From: an uncultured Spirochaetia bacterium
GTDB taxonomy: Bacteria; Spirochaetota; CALGPD01
DNA: 42,869 bases
Direction of reading: 5' to 3'
NCBI GenBank assembly: GCA_937960625.1
Contig: CALGPD010000272.1
Span: 1-42,869, forward strand
In this document: positions 1 to 10,238 of the stretch, in pieces
Numbering within the stretch: position 1 is the first letter of the stretch
Layout of the letters: each line of letters starts with the position of its first letter
The notes under the pieces: model-generated
The model's input: the letters and a program-made list of their open reading frames with translations, nothing else
What the model was told of the DNA's origin: nothing
Databases searched by the model: none
Program-made: the position numbers and the translations under genes

Positions 1-1185
1 ACCATTGCCCTATTAAATAAAAATAAAGACGTTTTAATTAACTATAAATATTTAATCAAACAAGGTTTATTGTCTGAAGAAGTTATCGAAGAACTTATTA
101 ATATTGAATTGGAAATTAATTCTCCAGACGGTGGAGTCGCGGCATACATATTTCACACGAATGAACATGTATATGCGGAAAAAATTCAACCTGAAATGAT
201 TGTAACGCCAATAACTAAAAGGATTTATGAATTAACTAAAATTAAATCTAATTTGTTAATACCCTTAGAGGTTTCCGGACAGACTATAGGATTAATAGGA
301 TTTCCTTCATATACTGACTTTCTTAAGCTCACTGAGGAAGATATTCAAGAGATTAAAAACATGGTTAAATATGTTTCGATAGCTGTTTCCAGCAGTTTTT
401 TTTCTCATGAGTTAAAGGAGAAAAATATAGTACTGGAACATCAAGCTGAAATAATTAGAAGGGATCTAGCTCTTGCAAGAAAAATTCAGACAAACTTACT
501 TCCAAAAAATAATCCTGAAATTGATAATTTTACCTTATCAACTTATTATCAGCCTATGTATGATATTGGCGGCGACTATTATGATTTTTTTGTATCGCGT
601 TATAATGCAAAGCAGTTTGGAGTTATTCTTACTGATGCATCCGGTCATGGTGTTGCAGCGGCTTTTATAACGAGTATAGTAAAAATGGCTTTTGAATCAA
701 AAGAAGTCCGTCAAATTGCAAATCAACCCGATCTTGTATTAAAATATATTAATAATAAAATTCTTGATAAAACGGCGGGAAACTTTGTTACTGTTTTATA
801 TTGTTATTTTGATCAAGAGAACAAGAAAGTAAAACTAGCATGCGGCGGACATCATCCTTTAATTTTAATAAGAAACAAAGAGCTTATACAAATTCGCCCG
901 AAGGGTCAAATAATGGGTGTCTTTCAAAAAGTTGATTATGAAGTTCAAGAAATCCAACTTCAACCTAAAGACAGGTTTTTTCTATATACTGACGGCCTAA
1001 CTGAAGCGTTCAATAAAAATTTCGAGGATTTTGAAGAAAAAGCTTTTTCAGTTCTTAAAAACTACACAGATTTAAGCACAAAATTATTACTTGATAAAAT
1101 GCTAAAATCTTTGAATGATCACGTTGGAAATGTAGAAACTTATGAAGATGATATTGCTATAATAATAATTGATTATAAAAAATAA
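1..1185 (+). CDS. SpoIIE/PP2C-family serine phosphatase (RsbU-like), probably 5'-truncated by the window edge
   Basis: Frame 1 has no stop from base 1 to the TTG at 70, so the gene probably begins left of the window. The C-terminal half carries PP2C/SpoIIE hallmarks: GGDYYDF, TDASGHGVAAA, LYTDGLTEA, DDIAII. Confidence 0.85.
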   Translation, partial: TIALLNKNKDVLINYKYLIKQGLLSEEVIEELINIELEINSPDGGVAAYIFHTNEHVYAEKIQPEMIVTPITKRIYELTKIKSNLLIPLEVSGQTIGLIGFPSYTDFLKLTEEDIQEIKNMVKYVSIAVSSSFFSHELKEKNIVLEHQAEIIRRDLALARKIQTNLLPKNNPEIDNFTLSTYYQPMYDIGGDYYDFFVSRYNAKQFGVILTDASGHGVAAAFITSIVKMAFESKEVRQIANQPDLVLKYINNKILDKTAGNFVTVLYCYFDQENKKVKLACGGHHPLILIRNKELIQIRPKGQIMGVFQKVDYEVQEIQLQPKDRFFLYTDGLTEAFNKNFEDFEEKAFSVLKNYTDLSTKLLLDKMLKSLNDHVGNVETYEDDIAIIIIDYKK

Positions 1186-1280
1186 CAGCCGTTCAAATTT
1201 TGGATGAGAGACTATTATAATGGTTTGAAAAATTTATATAAACATACATCTCTTTATCAAGTTTTTTTCAATAATAAAAA

Positions 1281-1310
1281 GGGGCTGTCCCGCAATTCCG
1301 GTACAGCCCC
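1281..1310 (-). terminator. Rho-independent terminator downstream of the leuB-like gene (may also stop the convergent phosphatase gene)
   Basis: The 8-bp GC stem GGGGCTGT(1281-1288)/ACAGCCCC(1303-1310) is followed on the minus strand by TTTTTATTATT. Confidence 0.7.
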
Positions 1311-1329
1311 TGAATATGTGTATTTATAT

Positions 1330-2382
1330 TTAAACAACGGTTTTAGCAACTAAATCGCCAATTTCCGTTGTTGAATAACCCATTTTACCCGCGCTCATGG
1401 AAGCCATTTTCTGCATAACTTCAACCATGGCTTTTTCAACTTTATTTGCTGCATCAGATTCTCCAAGAAAATCAAGCATCATTGCTCCCGCACCAATTGC
1501 GGCCAAGGGATTAATAACGTTTTTTCCTGTATATTTAGGAGCAGAACCTCCAATAGGTTCAAACATGGAAACTGAATCAGGGTTGATATTTCCCCCGGCA
1601 GCTATTCCCATGCCTCCCTGAATCATAGCTCCAAGATCGGTAATAATATCACCGAACATGTTGTCCGTCACAATAACATCAAACCACTCGGGATTTTTAA
1701 CAAACCACATACACGCTGCATCTATATGAACGTAATCTCTTTTAATATCCGGATAATCTTTTTTTCCTATTTCATGAAAAGCTCTTTCCCATAAATCAAA
1801 CGCATAAGTTAATACATTTGTTTTACCGCAAAGAGTGAGTGTTTTTTCTTTATTCCGTTTTTTAGTATATTCGAACGCGTACCTTAAGCAGCGCTCAACA
1901 CCTTTTCTGGTATTTACCGAAGACTGTATAGCCACTTCATCAGGAGTGTCTTTTTTCATAACTCCTCCCGTCCCTGTATAAATACCTTCAGTATTTTCTC
2001 TAACTACAACGAAATCTATATGTTCCGGGCCTTTATTTTTCAACGGGCAATCCACATTTGGGTATAATTTTATAGGCCTCAAATTGATATATAAATCAAG
2101 CGCAAATCTTAAATGTAATAAAATACCTTTTTCCAAAATTCCGGGTTTAACATCCGGATGGCCGATTGCGCCTAAATATATAGCATCAAATTTTTTTAAA
2201 TCTTCAACTGCTGTTTCAGGAAGAACTTCTCCTGTTTTTAAATAGTTTTCTCCACCAAAATTAAAATGTGTAAACTCAAGTTTAATATTATTTGCTTTAG
2301 AAACAGCATCCAGAACTTTCATGCCTTCAGCAATAACTTCAGGCCCTGTACCGTCTCCACCAATAACTGCGATTTTATGCAT
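1330..2382 (-). CDS. leuB: 3-isopropylmalate dehydrogenase / tartrate-D-malate dehydrogenase family oxidative decarboxylase
   Basis: [14 protein letters not shown]-terminus, [19 protein letters not shown] and [21 protein letters not shown] motifs. The start is moved to the ATG at 2382 (MHKIAV), which has GGGAGA 7 nt upstream. The longer ORF-track start has no SD. Substrate assignment is uncertain (leuB versus tartrate/D-malate type). Confidence 0.8.
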   Translation of the reverse strand: MHKIAVIGGDGTGPEVIAEGMKVLDAVSKANNIKLEFTHFNFGGENYLKTGEVLPETAVEDLKKFDAIYLGAIGHPDVKPGILEKGILLHLRFALDLYINLRPIKLYPNVDCPLKNKGPEHIDFVVVRENTEGIYTGTGGVMKKDTPDEVAIQSSVNTRKGVERCLRYAFEYTKKRNKEKTLTLCGKTNVLTYAFDLWERAFHEIGKKDYPDIKRDYVHIDAACMWFVKNPEWFDVIVTDNMFGDIITDLGAMIQGGMGIAAGGNINPDSVSMFEPIGGSAPKYTGKNVINPLAAIGAGAMMLDFLGESDAANKVEKAMVEVMQKMASMSAGKMGYSTTEIGDLVAKTVV

Positions 2383-2410
2383 AATTCTTCTCCCGACAAA
2401 AAGTAAAAAA

Positions 2411-2439
2411 ATGTTAGTTAAATAAATCATGTGAGTCAA
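2411..2439 (-). promoter_or_regulatory. Candidate sigma70-type promoter of the leuB-like gene (TTGACT-17-TAACAT)
   Basis: On the minus strand, TTGACT (2439-2434), a 17-nt spacer and TAACAT (2416-2411) lie about 30 nt upstream of the ATG at 2382. Confidence 0.4.
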
Positions 2440-2747
2440 ATTTATTCGCCGCTTTAATATATTTTTCTTGGTTGTTGTTTTGGTTTTATTAATTTTGGAA
2501 ATGCAAATTATAATTATTTAACTATTCACCTAACCTACTTTTGTATTTATTAATTAAATTTTTAAGTTTCCGGGCGAACTTAGTTTCATGCATTTTTAAT
2601 GCTTCTTGATAATATTTTTTTAAAGTAAAAAAGTATCTATAATTATTAATTTTATTCATATTTAGTGCTTTTTTCATAGTATTGATATTAACTGCAAATA
2701 ATGTACCAATAAAATTTAATTTTATTAAAAAAATATACAATTAATGA

Positions 2748-2775
2748 TTGACAAAAATAAATATATTAATATAAT
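2748..2775 (+). promoter_or_regulatory. Orphan perfect-consensus promoter TTGACA-16-TATAAT
   Basis: TTGACA at 2748-2753, a 16-nt spacer and TATAAT at 2770-2775. No ORF with an SD follows for about 465 nt; the next gene starts at 3242. Confidence 0.35.
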
Positions 2776-3241
2776 TACACACAAGCATGGACACTTTGAA
2801 TTATGTAATATCTAATTATTTATTGACATTTAAAATTTATTTACTGTTACTGTGTTCTAATACCAAACAGGGAATAATCATAAAGTTTTTATACATAAAA
2901 AAATAATGGGTAAATTTTACTGCATTTATGTAGTAGATTTCAAATAATAAAATTATAGTAAATATTTTAAATATATTACTATTTTTTTATGCATAAACTT
3001 GTTATTTTTTAAATAATTATTATTTTTTGTTTGTTAGAAATCAAGGAAGTTTACAAGAGTTTTTTGTAATTTTTATAAAATTGTGAACATTGAAGAAAAA
3101 AAATAGAAATTAATATTATTTTAAGAAAAAAAAAACGTATAATTATTGCATAATTGTAACATCTTTTGTAAATTATCTTTGACTGAAACATAGCAAAATG
3201 AGCAAATTTATTTAAATTAGTTTAACTAGCAGGATTGTAAA

Positions 3242-3547
3242 ATGAGTAAAGAAAAAATAAAAAAATTCTGGGAAAATGATGAGTTCTTCATCAAACACAT
3301 TAAGTATTTGACAAACATTATTGTTCAAGTCAGAAACGATGCTGATCTTACACAAAGCACTTTAGCTGAAATAACGGGATTAAAGCAGCAGCAAATTTCA
3401 AAGTTTGAAAACGGTTTATCAAACTGGAGTCTTAAAACTTTCTTTAAAGTATTAAAAGCTCTTAACCTAACTTTGAAACTAGAAAGAATAAGCGATGGGC
3501 AGGAAAACCCCGCTTTAAATGAAACGGGGTTCTACTCTATTGATTAA
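3242..3547 (+). CDS. XRE-family helix-turn-helix transcriptional regulator
   Basis: Typical HTH_3 core LTQSTLAEITGLKQQQISKFENG in a 101-aa protein. Confidence 0.7.
   Translation: MSKEKIKKFWENDEFFIKHIKYLTNIIVQVRNDADLTQSTLAEITGLKQQQISKFENGLSNWSLKTFFKVLKALNLTLKLERISDGQENPALNETGFYSID
3502..3531 (-). terminator. Probable ilvC terminator embedded in the 3' coding end of the convergent XRE gene
   Basis: On the minus strand, the stem AACCCCG/CGGGGTT (3531-3506) is followed by TTTTCC. It begins about 20 nt after the ilvC stop at 3551. Confidence 0.5.
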
Positions 3548-3550
3548 AGA

Positions 3551-4582
<1,032 letters not shown>

Positions 4583-4837
4583 CTATATGTATTGTGAATT
4601 ATTGATTAATATATTAATCACCACACAAAAATCAAATTTTTTTTTATTTAATAGTCATTAGTTTCACAAAACATGAACAAATTTATTTATATCATAAAAT
4701 ATTACATATTTATCAAAATATTTTAGATGAATATATATACTCCAACAATGGCAAAATTTTTTATTTTCCTTAATCTTCACCCAAAACATGATAATTTTTC
4801 TAATTTCTATAACTTTTTTTAAATTAACCAAATTATG

Positions 4838-4865
4838 CTAAGGTAAAATTTAATCTCCCCGATAT
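4838..4865 (+). promoter_or_regulatory. Candidate sigma28 (FliA)-type promoter of flaB
   Basis: CTAA-N16-CCCGATAT resembles the TAAA-N15-GCCGATAA consensus. It lies about 90 nt upstream of the flaB ATG. Confidence 0.4.
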
Positions 4866-4897
4866 AGTTTATAGTAAATTTTACTCTAAAATTTGAT

Positions 4898-4911
4898 GCA
4901 CACGGAAGTGC
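4898..4911 (+). promoter_or_regulatory. GGA-in-loop hairpin in the flaB leader (candidate CsrA site)
   Basis: GCAC-ACGGAA-GTGC places GGA in a hexaloop. Further GGA motifs occur at 4921-4926 (AAGGAA) and in the SD at 4942-4945 (GGAG). Confidence 0.3.
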
Positions 4912-4953
4912 TTAATAATCAAGGAAGTAGTAAATTATTTCGGAGAATGTAAA

Positions 4954-5829
4954 ATGATTATTAATCACAACCTTAGTGCAATCTATGCCAACAGAATATT
5001 AAAATTCAATACATGGGAACTCGATGACTCTATGGAAAAACTGTCATCCGGTATGCGTATTAACAGAGCCGGTGATGATGCTTCGGGTTTAGCTGTATCT
5101 GAAAAGATGAGAGCGCAAATACGCGGGCTTAGACAGGCAGAGCGTAATGTAGAAGACGGAATTTCTTTAATTCAAACTGCTGAAGGTTATCTTGATGAAA
5201 TTAACCAGTTACTGCAAAGGCTAAGAGAATTAAGTATACAATCTGCAAACGGTATATATTCAACCGAAGATAGAATGCAAATTCAGGTTGAGGTTTCAGC
5301 ATTAATTGATGAAATTGACAGGGTTGCAAGCCATGCTCAATTCAACGGTTTTAATATATTAACCGGACGTTTTGCAAGGGGAACCGAAACACAGCTTCCT
5401 GTTTCTTCAATGTGGTTTCACCTTGGCGCTAATATGGACCAAAGAGAACGAATATATATAGGAACTATGAACTCTCAAGGGCTTAAACTTAAAAATCCCG
5501 TTGGGCCGCCGCACGCTGCAACGTTTATATCCATATCGACTCAGGATAAAGCCAATAAAGCAATTGGTAGAATTGACAGGGCGTTAACAATTGTAAATAA
5601 ACAAAGAGCCGACCTTGGAGCTTATCAAAACAGGCTTGAATACGCTGCTAAAGGCTTATTAATCGGATATGAAAACTTACAGTCTGCTGAATCACGTATC
5701 AGGGATACTGATATGGCTGAGACAATGGTTGAATACACTAAGAATAATATTCTTATTCAGGCAGGTACTTCCATGCTGTCTCAAGCTAACCAGAAATCCC
5801 AGGTGGTATTGCAGTTATTAAGGCAGTAA
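4954..5829 (+). CDS. flaB: Flagellar filament core protein, FlaB-type flagellin
   Basis: [19 protein letters not shown] and [21 protein letters not shown] at the N-terminus, [23 protein letters not shown] at the C-terminus. It is about 290 aa with no large variable domain, as in spirochaete FlaB. SD GGAG lies 8 nt upstream. Confidence 0.93.
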   Translation: MIINHNLSAIYANRILKFNTWELDDSMEKLSSGMRINRAGDDASGLAVSEKMRAQIRGLRQAERNVEDGISLIQTAEGYLDEINQLLQRLRELSIQSANGIYSTEDRMQIQVEVSALIDEIDRVASHAQFNGFNILTGRFARGTETQLPVSSMWFHLGANMDQRERIYIGTMNSQGLKLKNPVGPPHAATFISISTQDKANKAIGRIDRALTIVNKQRADLGAYQNRLEYAAKGLLIGYENLQSAESRIRDTDMAETMVEYTKNNILIQAGTSMLSQANQKSQVVLQLLRQ

Positions 5830-6082
5830 TTTGAATATATTCTCATTTTATATCCACTTATTGAAACCTTAAAAGTTCACTAAAACATAATTCAATTAGC
5901 TTATCTCTTCAAAACGAATTTATACCTATTTTTTATAAATTTACTTTTTATTTACATCTTAATATAAACTTAATGATATGGGTTTGACCCTATATTTGTT
6001 TGCTTATATTTTTAATACACCGGAAAACGTGATTTTATCACTGCACCGGATATTTTAATTAATAATTTTTAGGAGACTAAAC

Positions 6083-6508
6083 ATGGCAGAAACTAAAAAA
6101 GCGCCGGAAACTCAGAAAACAACTTCTACGGCATCAAAAACCACAACCGGTTCAAAAACAAATACCGGCTGGAAAGATCTTGTTGAAAAAACCAGAACAA
6201 ATTACTTAAAAGTAGTTGATTCTCTAACAAAAATTCAACAGGAAACAGAGAAAGTTATTAACTCTGTTATTAAAAAAGGCGCTGACATTAGGGAAGAAAG
6301 CACTAAGCTTATTAAGGAATGGATGGAAAAAGCAAACAAATCCAGAGAAGAATTTCAAAAATCAATTGAAGAGAATTTAAAAAAATCTCTTAACTTAATT
6401 CCAAACATTAAGTCTATTGATTTTCCTTTTAAAAAAGAATTCGAAGAGCTTTCTCAAAACGTTCAGGAGCAAATAAAAAAGGCTTTTGCAATGTTTAAAA
6501 TTAAGTAG
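6083..6508 (+). CDS. Hypothetical coiled-coil protein with a T/K-rich N-terminus (phasin-like, unverified)
   Basis: AGGAG lies 7 nt upstream of the ATG, the sequence is charged and helical, and a strong terminator follows. No catalytic motif was recognised. Confidence 0.6.
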   Translation: MAETKKAPETQKTTSTASKTTTGSKTNTGWKDLVEKTRTNYLKVVDSLTKIQQETEKVINSVIKKGADIREESTKLIKEWMEKANKSREEFQKSIEENLKKSLNLIPNIKSIDFPFKKEFEELSQNVQEQIKKAFAMFKIK

Positions 6509-6525
6509 TCTTATTTTCTTTTAAC

Positions 6526-6557
6526 AAGCTGCCTCAAAATCATGTGGCAGCTTTTTT
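6526..6557 (+). terminator. Rho-independent terminator
   Basis: The stem AAGCTGCC(6526-6533)/GGCAGCTT(6546-6553) is followed by a T run. Confidence 0.8.
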
Positions 6558-6565
6558 ATTTTTCA

Positions 6566-6594
6566 TTGAAATTGCATATCTAGCTGTGTATAAT
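6566..6594 (+). promoter_or_regulatory. Candidate promoter TTGAAA-17-TATAAT for the small ORF at 6627
   Basis: TTGAAA at 6566-6571, a 17-nt spacer and TATAAT at 6589-6594. Confidence 0.45.
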
Positions 6595-6626
6595 GCTTGT
6601 TAAAGAAAATAAATTGAAGAATTTAT

Positions 6627-6776
6627 ATGAAAAAATTGGCTGTTTTAGCTTTTACTTTTCTTTTATCCATTTCTATGTTTAATTACTTTACGGGTAATGA
6701 TGATGATGGTTATGTACGGAAGAGAAAACATCACCGGAGACACCATAGACGGCACCATGATGAAAGGCCGGAATAA
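6627..6776 (+). CDS. Small exported peptide (49 aa) with a His/Arg-rich tail; not in the ORF track
   Basis: MKKLAVLAFTFLLSISMFNYFTGNDDDGYVRKRKHHRRHHRRHHDERPE has a signal-like N-terminus. It has its own promoter candidate, and the hairpin CCGGAA-TAA-TTCCGG overlaps the stop. The SD is weak. Confidence 0.35.
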   Translation: MKKLAVLAFTFLLSISMFNYFTGNDDDGYVRKRKHHRRHHRRHHDERPE

Positions 6777-7031
6777 TTCCGGTTGTCCCATAGATATTAT
6801 AAAACTTCTATTAAGGTATAAAAACAGAATATATAGCCTATGTTAAAATTCTATGTATAATAATTGTTTTAGGAGTTATTGCATTAACATTAGCAACGTT
6901 TTCGCAAGTAAGCAAAAAAAACATAAAATAACTCAACATTGATTTTGCTTTTAATAAAATCCGACTTTTACTTATTTTCTTTGAATTAAATCCGCTCACT
7001 CGTTATTTTATAAAAAACGAAAGCTAAAATT

Positions 7032-9077
7032 ATGAGTTATACATTAGATATATTTAACCCTGATAGAGAAACTGCTGAGAAAATTGCCGGTAAACACGGT
7101 GTCGGTATTCTGGCTGCATTAGCCTTGTTGCGTATAGGCATAAAAGACGCGAGAGAAATTGAAAACTATATTTATCCTGACCCTGAACTTAGAATTTCTC
7201 CTTTTGCGTTTAAGCAAATGCCTTTAGCGGTTGGTTTGATAAAAAAGTGTATTGATGAAAAATTGCCCGTTTTTGTATTCGGGGATAAAGACGTTGACGG
7301 GGTAACATCACTTGCCACGGTTGTTAATTTTTTAAACAAACTCGGTTTGAATGTTAAATATTCCATGCCTGTTAACGGAGAGCCTTACGGAATATCCGGC
7401 CGCGCAATAAAAGATATTATTGATTCAAAAGCAAGGTTACTGATTACAGTTGATGTTGGAATTAAAGAAAACGAAAATGTGGAAATATTAAAGCAAAAAG
7501 GTATTCACGTTATTATTACCGACCATCATGAATCCGGAGAAACATTGCCGGAAGCTGATTGTATAATTAATGTAAAATGTGAAAAAAATTTTCCCGTTCA
7601 AATTAAAAATTTATCGGGATGCGCAACGGCTTTTAAACTATGCGAAGGCGTTTTATTATCCTATTGGGATGAAATTGACAAAACTTTTGCCTGCATCACC
7701 AAGCAAGGGGATGTGATAACGTCTACTGAAATAAAAGCAATGCACGTTGAAAAGCATGTAAGCGGAAACGCTTCTGATTATGATTTTAATAAACTTGATT
7801 ATATTATATGCCATCAGGCTCAAAAAGAATATTTTACCGGTGTTCATAACAACGTATCTACTCTAAAAGAATATTTTCTTTTAAAAAATGATAGTGCAAA
7901 CGGGAAATTAGAGCAAATCCTTAATAAAGCCGAAGCATTATCTTTGGACGGCCATGAATATCTAGTAAACGGTTTAATAAAAATACAGAGAAACCTTTTG
8001 CCTTCAATTGAAAGATTTTTCAATGATTTTGTGGATTTAACCGGAATGTCTACAATTTGTGATGTTATGCCTTTAATAGGAGAAAACCGGCTTTTTGTTA
8101 AGCAAATGGAAAAAAAATTGCTTTCCAACGGTAATTCTCCGATAAAAGCCTTAAATTTAGGATTAAATTTTTACCGTTACAACGAACCGGTTACATCAAA
8201 ACGCGTTGCAAATTACATAGGCCCATGTATAAATTCAGCAGGTAGAATGGGAAAAGCTGATATATCATTAAACTTATTACTGGATTCTATGAAAACGGGT
8301 ATTCAGGAAAACGTAAAGTCGTTAATCAACATAAACAATGAACGCAAAAAAATCGGTAAACAGGCTTTTGCTGTGGGAGTTGAAGAAATTGGAGATAACC
8401 CTGAAGGCAGCGTAATCATTCACCGCTCAGAGCATATTGTACCTGGCATTACCGGAGTATTTGCGCAGAAACTTGCTTATCATTATGAACGTCCTGTTTT
8501 CGTTTTCACTACAGACACAGCAACGGGATTATTAAGCGGTTCAGGAAGAGCGCCTGACGGAACGAATATTTTATCAATCATTGAACAATCCGAAGAGTAT
8601 ATATTAAATTACGGCGGGCATTTATCCGCTTGTGGATTATCAACAAATGAAGAAAAATATTCCGCTTTGGTTGAACGCATTGGGGAACTTTCCCAAACGG
8701 ATGAGTTTAAAAAATTACCTGAAACGGTTATACACGTTATTGCGGAAGTATCACCGGAAGAAATAACCGTAGACAACGTACAAAAGCTGCATAAAACCGG
8801 CCCGTTTGGCGAGGGGACAATCGAACCGTATTTTATTATTAAAAACGCTGTTTTAGGCCCTATAAAACGTTTCGGCAGCCCTGATATAAATGCGAGGTTT
8901 AAGATTCATAACAATCCGTTAGCCGAATGTCTTGGCTGGGGCATGGCAGAGCAGGCTGAAGAATTATTTAATGCCGGGGCTGAAGTCAACATCGTGTTTG
9001 AGCCTGAAATTAATTACTTTAACGGCAAGCAGACAGTTCAAATGAACGTTGTTAAACTTATTAAAGCAGGAATATAA
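7032..9077 (+). CDS. recJ: Single-stranded-DNA-specific exonuclease RecJ (DHH/DHHA1 family)
   Basis: VFGDKDVDGVTS, ITVDVG, ITDHHE and GGHLSACG motifs appear in the canonical order. The protein is 681 aa. Confidence 0.85.
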   Translation: MSYTLDIFNPDRETAEKIAGKHGVGILAALALLRIGIKDAREIENYIYPDPELRISPFAFKQMPLAVGLIKKCIDEKLPVFVFGDKDVDGVTSLATVVNFLNKLGLNVKYSMPVNGEPYGISGRAIKDIIDSKARLLITVDVGIKENENVEILKQKGIHVIITDHHESGETLPEADCIINVKCEKNFPVQIKNLSGCATAFKLCEGVLLSYWDEIDKTFACITKQGDVITSTEIKAMHVEKHVSGNASDYDFNKLDYIICHQAQKEYFTGVHNNVSTLKEYFLLKNDSANGKLEQILNKAEALSLDGHEYLVNGLIKIQRNLLPSIERFFNDFVDLTGMSTICDVMPLIGENRLFVKQMEKKLLSNGNSPIKALNLGLNFYRYNEPVTSKRVANYIGPCINSAGRMGKADISLNLLLDSMKTGIQENVKSLININNERKKIGKQAFAVGVEEIGDNPEGSVIIHRSEHIVPGITGVFAQKLAYHYERPVFVFTTDTATGLLSGSGRAPDGTNILSIIEQSEEYILNYGGHLSACGLSTNEEKYSALVERIGELSQTDEFKKLPETVIHVIAEVSPEEITVDNVQKLHKTGPFGEGTIEPYFIIKNAVLGPIKRFGSPDINARFKIHNNPLAECLGWGMAEQAEELFNAGAEVNIVFEPEINYFNGKQTVQMNVVKLIKAGI

Positions 9078-9133
9078 TTTATTCCTCTTTTGATTTCTTT
9101 GTAAGAGTGCAAAAGTAAATAATATGCAAAGCC

Positions 9134-9895
9134 TTATTTTTCAGGCCGGCTTAAGATTTTAATTATTTTAGGTACAATTTTTTTAGCAAGCTTTATTATC
9201 CCTTGTTTATAATTTTCAATATTGAAAGTTACTTTAATTTTTTGAAAACCCTGAGAGGGTTTTTCACCTTTTTTTAGTGTAGTTTCCTGATAAAAAGATT
9301 TGTCTAAACTGCTTTCTTCATCAACGGATTTTCTAAACACAATTTTATTTTGTTTTACATCAAAAATTATTATATCTGCCTTAATTTTGAGTTCCTTTGA
9401 CTTTCGCTCTTCATTATAAATTATCTTCGTTGGCCTTACTTCAATAATCAAATTACTTTTAAGCCGGCTTCTAATCTTTTTTAGGCTTCTGTCAATTCCA
9501 TTTTCCTGAATATCAACTAAATAAGGCACATCCTTGAATGAAACATCATCAATCATGTAAAAATTAAATATCTTGTTTTTTTCATTCAGCTTTTGATATT
9601 GATTGTAAAATTCTTTTGCGATTATTGTTGATTCCGCGAATAACAGCTTTAACTCGTTTACCCTTTCAATCACACGTTTTTTGTGTTTTTGATATTCAGT
9701 TGTTGTAAACAATTCTTTCAATGCTTTAAAATTGCCCTGTGAAAATTTTCCAGCCAATGAACAGCGTTCAACACCGAGAAGTAACGCGGAAACCTTTTTA
9801 GGATATTTTTCATTAAGAACGTGTTTTTCCGAACACCCTGAAGTGAGTATGGTTATAAATGTAATTACTAATAATATTGCAAACTTTTTTTTCAT
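9134..9895 (-). CDS. Hypothetical lipoprotein
   Basis: MKKKFAILLVITFITILTSGC signal peptide plus lipobox. The start is moved to the ATG at 9895, which has GGAG 7 nt upstream. The ORF-track TTG at 9907 overlaps that SD. Confidence 0.6.
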   Translation of the reverse strand: MKKKFAILLVITFITILTSGCSEKHVLNEKYPKKVSALLLGVERCSLAGKFSQGNFKALKELFTTTEYQKHKKRVIERVNELKLLFAESTIIAKEFYNQYQKLNEKNKIFNFYMIDDVSFKDVPYLVDIQENGIDRSLKKIRSRLKSNLIIEVRPTKIIYNEERKSKELKIKADIIIFDVKQNKIVFRKSVDEESSLDKSFYQETTLKKGEKPSQGFQKIKVTFNIENYKQGIIKLAKKIVPKIIKILSRPEK

Positions 9896-9983
9896 ATTTT
9901 TCTCCAACCCGTTATTAACGTAAATTATTTCTTTATTAAAAAGATGTCAATTTTTTATTTTAAAACCCTGTACCTATGTTATT

Positions 9984-10108
9984 GAGAGCGACAACGATGC
10001 AATCAATTTTGGTTTCTTATTTAACGAGACTGCTTCGTCACTCTCGTTCCTCGCAGTAACATAAAACTTTAAATTTTCCGACAATTTCTCTAAATCGAAA
10101 CTCACGTT
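9984..10108 (-). repeat. MITE-like element family, half copy A (left arm, inverted orientation)
   Basis: Its reverse complement AACGTGAGTTTCGATTTAGAG...GTTACTGCGAGGAACGAGAGTGACGAAGCAGTCTCG...GATTGCATCG aligns with the left arms of copies B-D. Boundaries are good to about +/-10 bp. Confidence 0.7.
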
Positions 10109-10238
10109 ATTAGCTATATTATAACAGGAATATAATTTTTATTTCTACAAAATTGCTAAAAATATAAAATTTTGTTTAAATTTTTATCCGTTGGTTTTAT
10201 TATATATTTTTCCAAAATAAAAACTCCAAGGAGCGGAT

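Noticed and set aside
2522-2740. A 72-aa minus-strand ORF in the AT-rich spacer upstream of the leuB-like gene.
   Set aside because: It has no SD at either candidate start, extreme AT content and low-complexity Lys/Asn/Tyr-rich sequence, and it overlaps no recognisable motif. I treat it as a chance ORF.
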